Shown here: piece after piece, positions 58,547-64,000 of the stretch
How positions within the stretch are numbered: position 1 is the first letter of the stretch
Layout of the letters: every line of letters starts with the position of its first letter
Assembly: GCA_963739455.1 (NCBI GenBank)
Contig: CAVUAK010000001.1
Span: forward strand, 1 to 64,000
Direction: 5' to 3'
Source of the DNA: an uncultured Gemmatimonadales bacterium
GTDB taxonomy: Bacteria; Gemmatimonadota; Gemmatimonadetes; Gemmatimonadales; GWC2-71-9
Length of the DNA: 64,000 nt
Program-made: the position numbers and the translations under genes
The notes under the pieces: generated by a model
Databases searched by the model: none
Seen by the model: only the letters and a program-made list of their open reading frames with translations
What the model was told of the DNA's origin: nothing

Positions 58547-59122
58547 CTATCCGCCGTTTCGCTCTCGCGCGAGTTCCGACAGGAGGTGTCGCAAGGCATT
58601 CACGAGATCCTTCTCCCTCGACCCCACATCTGGTCCCGTGCCTTCGGCTCCCTTCCCTTCACCGCGCGACTTGGCCTCCAGTGCTGCGATCATGGCGATC
58701 ACCGCCGCTACCGCCGCCAGCACCGCCGCGATCATGGTGCCTATCGGAGGAAAGCATGCCACCACCGCAGCCGCCATCGCCTGATCTGGTGACACACCAA
58801 GATTCGCCCCTGCCCCGGCAGATGCGCGAAAGAGCGAAGCGAAGACCGCCGCCTCGGACTCACGTTCCGATGGCTCCTTGAACCGCACGCGAACGGCGGC
58901 ATGCGAGGCGCCGGAGGACGACTCATTTCCAAGAAACTCGACACTCTCAACCATTGTCGCGGGAATCTTCGCCCAGTCCGTGCGCGATGGTGCAGGCGAG
59001 AAAAGGAAGGCGTCCGACCCAGTTTCCATCGACTTCGCAAAGCCGCTGCATGCCAGCGGCGCACGCAATGCGCCGTCACGGAGCTTCCTGATGAAGTCCT
59101 CTGCGGATAGTGTGTCGCCCAT
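58547..59122 (-). CDS. Hypothetical protein with hydrophobic C-terminal segment
   Basis: GAGGT RBS; 191-aa ORF. Confidence 0.65.
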   Translation of the reverse strand: MGDTLSAEDFIRKLRDGALRAPLACSGFAKSMETGSDAFLFSPAPSRTDWAKIPATMVESVEFLGNESSSGASHAAVRVRFKEPSERESEAAVFASLFRASAGAGANLGVSPDQAMAAAVVACFPPIGTMIAAVLAAVAAVIAMIAALEAKSRGEGKGAEGTGPDVGSREKDLVNALRHLLSELARERNGG

Positions 59123-59198
59123 GGGCCCACCTCATGTTGTTGCAGGGTGAGCCTGAAACACTACCGCAATCCGTGCTTCCGTGAATTGGGTGCCGGGC

Positions 59199-60410
59199 CT
59201 AGGGAGAGATGGCCTGCGCTTCCACTATCTCCGCTCCCGGGAGTGTGTGCCAACTCGACCAGGTCTCCTTGGCAATCACGTAGCGCAGCGCGGCGCGGCC
59301 ACTCACCGTCAGCGTGTCGACCTGCGGCCTTGTAGCCGGGCTTGGCGCGCGCCTTGAACTTGGCCCCCGTCGCGTTGAGGAACCAATCGCGATAGCGGGG
59401 CTCATCCCACACGGAAATCCAGACGAGCGCGGGGCCGCCGTTGGCTTCATCGAGACGGAAGCGATCGCCGCCCCAGCCGAGCGGGAGTGCCGCGTTGCTG
59501 GCCTTCCTGCCGGTGAGTTCCTGCATGAGCAGGCGGATATCAAACTCGCCGAGCACGTCCTCATAGCTGCCGGGGACAGTGTCGGTGAACTGGATGTCGA
59601 TGGGCTGGTCGCCACGCTGCGTAGCGCTCGGGGTGAATGATCTGCTCGGTGGAGCGCGGCATGCGCGGACCATAGGGGAGCGTATCGGCGAAGGGCGACT
59701 TGCCCCACCAGAGCATGAACTCGGCGCCGGCGAGATAGGGAAAGAGCAGTCCCTCGCGCAGCACGGCCGGGGTCTTCTCCATGCCGCCGCCGGAGAGCAT
59801 CTGGTCTCCCGTCTTCCGGAACTCGTCCCAGAAGTCCTGGCTCTGCGCCACCTCGGCGCCCTGGAGCATGACGATGGAGGCGTAGTTGGCCTGTCCCTCG
59901 AGGATGGCCTGCGCTGCGGCACTGCGATCGTTGCTGCTCTTGTCCTTCAGGATGGAGTCGAGCGGCATGTACTGGTCCTGCAGCGCGTGCACCAGCTCGT
60001 GCGCGACGGTGAGGCGGAGCACCGGCCCGTCGGCGCCCTCGACGCCGTAGAGCGTGGCGGAGTCGGGATCGTAGTAGCCGGCGATCTGCTGGGAGAGCAT
60101 GTCCTCCATGACGGCGCGGAGGTCGAGCGAATCGGGGAGGAGTCCGAGAAGGGTGTAGGCGCGGGTCAGCTGGAGGAAGCGCTCGGGGGGCATTTCCTGG
60201 GACGAGCTTGGCGCGGACGAAATTTCGCACCTCATCGCGGGTGCGGAGGACGGCCGCGGGGCGGCGCTTGAACTTGATGCCGACGCTCTGCTCGACGGCG
60301 GGCATGAGGCTGTCGACGAGATGTGCGAGATTGCGATCGGCGTCGGTCTCCCGAGGCTCGCCGCGACAGGCGACCGTCGCGACGAGCAGGAGGCAGAGCG
60401 ATGCCCGCAT
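59199..60410 (-). CDS. Lipoprotein with HExxH zinc-metallopeptidase motif (frameshifted)
   Basis: [54 protein letters not shown]. Confidence 0.8.
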   Translation of the reverse strand: MRASLCLLLVATVACRGEPRETDADRNLAHLVDSLMPAVEQSVGIKFKRRPAAVLRTRDEVRNFVRAKLVPGNAPRALPPADPRLHPSRTPPRFARPPRRHGGHALPADRRLLRSRLRHALRRRGRRRAGAPPHRRARAGARAAGPVHAARLHPEGQEQQRSQCRSAGHPRGTGQLRLHRHAPGRRGGAEPGLLGRVPEDGRPDALRRRHGEDPGRAARGTALSLSRRRRVHALVGQVALRRYAPLWSAHAALHRADHSPRALRSVATSPSTSSSPTLSPAAMRTCSASLISACSCRNSPAGRPATRHSRSAGAAIASVSMKPTAAPRSSGFPCGMSPAIAIGSSTRRGPSSRRAPSPATRPQVDTLTVSGRAALRYVIAKETWSSWHTLPGAEIVEAQAISP

Positions 60411-61200
60411 CACGCGTTCAGGTAGGTGACGGCGTACCACTGCACGATCTTCGGGCCGAAGAGGTAGGCGACACCGGCCCCGATGGCGAGGTAGACGCCG
60501 AAGGGCACCGAGCTTCTTCCGTCCCATGAGTGCGAGCGGGAGGAAGATGATGGTGCCGATGAGCGCGCCGAGGAAAATCGTGAGCAGCACACCGGTCCAG
60601 CCGACGAAGACGCCGACCATCGCCATCATCTTGATGTCGCCACCGCCCATCGCATCCTGCTTGAGGATGATGGAGCCGAGCCAGCCGACGGCCCAGAGGA
60701 CGCCGAAGCCGAGTGCGCCGCCCATGAGGGAGAAGGTGAGGCCGTGCAGGCCGCCGCCGATGCCGGTGATGATCAGGCCGAGCACGAGCGCCGCCGATGG
60801 TGAACTCATCGGGGATGATGTATGGCGCGGGCATCGGTGACCAGGATGCCGAGCAGCAGGGTGAAGAAGACGCGCGGCACGGACGGCGGCGAGGGTGGGA
60901 CCGAAGAGCCAGACGAAGTAGACCCAGATGAGGGCGGTGAGCGAGCTCGACCAGCGGGTACATGAGCGAGATGCGCTCCCTGCAGTGGCGGCACTTGCCG
61001 AGCAGGATGAGCCAGGAGATGACGGGGATGTTGTCATACCAGGCGATCTGGTTGCCACACTTGGGGCAGCGCGAGCGCGGACGGAGCACCGACTCCGGGG
61101 GTTCCTTGCCCCAGGAGAGGATGCACACGTTGAGGAAACTGCCGATGAGGAGGCCGAAGACGGCGGCCACGATGTAGAAGAAGTTGGAGCCCAGTCCTTC
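60410..61200 (-). CDS. pilD: Prepilin peptidase (A24), multiple apparent frameshifts
   Basis: [48 protein letters not shown]. Start uncertain. Confidence 0.88.
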
Positions 61201-61968
61201 AGTCGGCACGCAAGACCTCGTAGAGAAGAATCCCGGCAGCCACAGCCACGTTGAGCGACTCGGCGCCAGGTGCAAGGGGAATGCCCACGCGACGGGAGGC
61301 GTGGGCGGTCATCGATTCACCAACACCAGCGCCCTCGTTGCCGACGACGAGGAGCATCGCGGTGGTACGGGGCGCGCGGGGGACGGGGTCGCCGTCAGCG
61401 GCGGTGACCCAGATGGCGGCCCGTGAGTCGCGGCCCAGGCGGCGAGCAGTCTCCACGTCGGTCGCGACACAGGGGAGACGGAACGACGCTCCCATGCCGC
61501 CACGCATCGCCTTCGGGTTGCAGGAGATCGGCGGTGCCGGGCAGGGCGACGACCCCGGCGGCGCCAAGGGCCAGCGCGGTGCGCAACATGGTACCCACGT
61601 TGCCGGGATCCTGCACGGCGTCGAGGACGAGGACGGCACTGCGCGGGGCGCAGGGCGATATCGTCGAGGGACCAGTCGCGGGGCTCGATGACGGCGACGA
61701 CGCCCTGCGGGTGCTCGGTGTCGGCGAGCTCGGCGAGGGCGCGATCGTCCAGCTTCTCGAGCTTGATGCCGGCCGCGATAAGTGCGCCTTTCAGCGTCTC
61801 GCCGCGACGGGTAGCTTCGAGCGCGGGTGAAATGACGGCGCCCTTGATGGGAATGCCGGCGGCCATCGCCTCCTCGACGAGGCGGACGCCCTCGGCGAGT
61901 GCGAGGGCGCGGCGCTCACGGCCGCGGCGTCGCTGCAGGTCACGAATCAACGTTTCGAGTGCACTCAT
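61199..61968 (-). CDS. TrmH/SpoU-family RNA methyltransferase (frameshifted)
   Basis: [49 protein letters not shown]. Confidence 0.9.
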
Positions 61969-62746
61969 GCGGATAGCGCTGTCGATCGCCGGATCAGACC
62001 CCAGCGGGGGTGCGGGGATCCAGGCGGATCTCAAGACCTTTCATCAGTTCGGTGTCTACGGCATGTCGGCGCTGACGGCGCTGACGGCACAGAATACACT
62101 GGGCGTGAGCGGCGTTCACGTGGTGCCGCCGGCGTTCCTGCGGCAGCAGCTGGAGGCACTGGCCGCCGACATGCCGCCCGATGCGCTCAAGACCGGGATG
62201 CTGGCCGACGCGGACCTCGCCATCGACGGCAGCGGACTGTATCCGGAGCTTCGGCTGGACGCCACTGGTGGTGGATCCGGTCATGATCGCGACGTCGGGT
62301 GACCGGCTGCTGTCGGTGGACGCGGAGCGGGTGATCCGGGACCGGCTGCTGCCGCTGGCGACGCTGGTGACGCCGAACCTGGACGAAGCCGCGCTGCTGA
62401 CCGGGCTCGAGGTGCGCGACGTGGCGCAGATGGAGCGCGCGGCCGCGGTGCTGCTGGACTCGGGTGCGGCCGCGGTGCTGCTCAAGGGCGGACACCTGGC
62501 TGACGATACGATCGTGGACCTGCTGGTGACGCCTGACGGGACAAGGCGGTTCAGTCATCCGCGGATCAAGACGACGTCGACGCACGGGACGGGGTGCACG
62601 TTGTCGGCGGCGATCACGGCCGGGCTGGCTCAGGGCCAGGCGCTGGAGCGCGCGGTCGAAGCTGGCGCTGGACTACGTGGTGCGAGGCGATCGCGTCGGC
62701 ACCGGGATTCGGGGCAGGACACGGGCCGGTAAATCACATGGCGTAG
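61967..62746 (+). CDS. thiD: Hydroxymethylpyrimidine/phosphomethylpyrimidine kinase (frameshifted)
   Basis: [64 protein letters not shown]. Confidence 0.92.
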
Positions 62747-62885
62747 GTGGCGGAGGCACAGCGGGCCGCACCGTCCCGGCATCACGCTCGTGCTCCCGAT
62801 GCAACGTTTGCCCCACCGCTCCCGCGCTCGACGTGCTGTTCCCTGTTCCCTGTCCTCCCTGTTCCCTGTTCGCCGTTCACGCCGT

Positions 62886-63803
62886 TCACGTCTTGTCGCC
62901 CTCAAACGGCTCCATGTGGATCAGCACGCCCGACACCTCGGGCACGGCCTTGCAGATGGCACCCTTGACCATGCCGCTCAGGATGTGGGCCTCGTGGAGC
63001 GAGAGCGTGGGGTCGGCCTGGACGTGGAGGTCGACGTAGTAGGCGGTGCCGGCGCGGCGCATCTTGAGTTTCTCGGTGGCGAGCACGCCGGTGACGGAAT
63101 GCGCGGCGCGCTCGACGCGGGCGAGGAGGGGCTCACCGGGTGCGCGGTCCATCAACTCCTGCAGCGCCGGGCGCATGACCTGCACGCCGTTGTAGACGAT
63201 GACGCAGGCGGCGAGGAGCGCGGCCCAGTCGTCGGCCTGCTCCCAACCGGGTCCACCAATCAGCGCGATGCTGATGCCGATGAACGCCGCGAGGGAGGTG
63301 ATGGCATCGCTGCGATGGTGCCAGGCGTCGGCGCGGACGGCGGTGCTGCCGGACGCGATGGCCGCGCGCTGGACGCGGCGGAAGAAGAGTTCCTTGATCA
63401 GGACGACGGCCACCAGCACGCCGAGCGTGAAAGGCGCGGGCGCGTGGTGCGGGATCATGATCTCGCGAATGGCCTCGATGGAGATACCGATCGCGGCACC
63501 GACGAGCATGAGGCCCACTGCCGCAGCGGCCAGTGCCTCGGCCTTGCCGTAGCCGAAGGGATACGCGGTGTCGGCACTGCGTCGCGCGACGCGGAGGCCG
63601 CTCCAGACGATCAGCGACCCGAAGATGTCGGCCGCCGACTCGATGCCATCGGCGATGAGGGCGTAGGAGTGGCCGATGAGCCCGGCGAGCACCTTGACGA
63701 CGGCGAGCACCATGTTGAGGAGCATGCCGGCTTGAGCAAGCCGCATTCCGTCATGAGTCGGCAGTCGTGAGGCGTGAGGCGTGAGGCGTGAGTCCTCAGT
63801 CAT
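62886..63803 (-). CDS. Cation diffusion facilitator transporter (FieF-like)
   Basis: SYALIADGIES, YPFGYGKAE, ADAWHHRSD, VDLHV..EAH, IHMEP. Confidence 0.92.
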   Translation of the reverse strand: MTEDSRLTPHASRLPTHDGMRLAQAGMLLNMVLAVVKVLAGLIGHSYALIADGIESAADIFGSLIVWSGLRVARRSADTAYPFGYGKAEALAAAAVGLMLVGAAIGISIEAIREIMIPHHAPAPFTLGVLVAVVLIKELFFRRVQRAAIASGSTAVRADAWHHRSDAITSLAAFIGISIALIGGPGWEQADDWAALLAACVIVYNGVQVMRPALQELMDRAPGEPLLARVERAAHSVTGVLATEKLKMRRAGTAYYVDLHVQADPTLSLHEAHILSGMVKGAICKAVPEVSGVLIHMEPFEGDKT

Positions 63804-64000
63804 GAGTGAGTCGACAGTCGGCAGTCGTCAGGCGGCAGTGAGTCATCAGTGGGCAGCCGTTCGATAATGCCAGTGAAGAGCGAGATCATGTCGCGTTGGA
63901 CACTGCGGGCCGTCTCCATCACTTCGGCGTGCGAGAGGGCTTCGTGGCCGATGCCGCTCGCGAGGTTGGTGACGGTGGAGATGCCCATGCATTTCATGCC
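63800..64000 (-). CDS. Purine nucleoside phosphorylase, C-terminal part
   Basis: GMKCMGISTVTNLASGI..LSHAEV; 5' end outside window. Confidence 0.8.
   Translation of the reverse strand, partial: GMKCMGISTVTNLASGIGHEALSHAEVMETARSVQRDMISLFTGIIERLPTDDSLPPDDCRLSTHS

Noticed and set aside
59199..62746. Cluster of pseudogenes (HExxH lipoprotein, pilD, TrmH, thiD)
   Set aside because: All motifs are present across frames with no other decay, consistent with locally poor consensus quality.
1..64000. tRNA, rRNA, IS transposases, integrases, cas genes
   Set aside because: None recognised by eye; tRNAscan-SE, Rfam and ISEScan would be needed to exclude them formally.

Overview
GC-rich bacterial chromosome segment. 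The gene repertoire (BTAD/SARP-membrane-propeller regulator, many Ig-like and TolB-like lipoproteins) suggests Gemmatimonadota; this is an inference. Many conserved genes (trmD, thiD, pilD, TrmH, amidase, M28 peptidase, DUF445) carry single-base frameshifts, most simply long-read indel errors. The core block is ffh-rpsP-rimM-trmD-rplS (21.1-24.3 kb), with accessory DNA on both sides. The best candidate for an undescribed system is a more AT-rich five-gene minus-strand island just downstream of rplS (16.7-20.8 kb): MqsR-like toxin, MqsA-like antitoxin with a C-terminal tail ending -AA, KGGVGR-variant ParA/MinD ATPase with TPRs, DUF5343-like protein and Swt1-like HEPN RNase. The second candidate is a tightly coupled non-canonical chaperone triad (mini-GrpE, lidless Hsp70, membrane-anchored TPR J-protein with HPD replaced by TPE) at 1.5-5.0 kb. 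Non-coding signals include a two-copy long hairpin with compensatory changes (24.4 and 33.9 kb), a Fic gene bounded by 25-bp direct repeats, SARP-like 11-bp-period boxes near a SARP/BTAD membrane sensor and TonB receptor, a 5' leader shared by two unrelated lipoprotein genes, and REP-like and heptamer/nonamer repeats. All family assignments come from motif recognition by eye; no searches were run.
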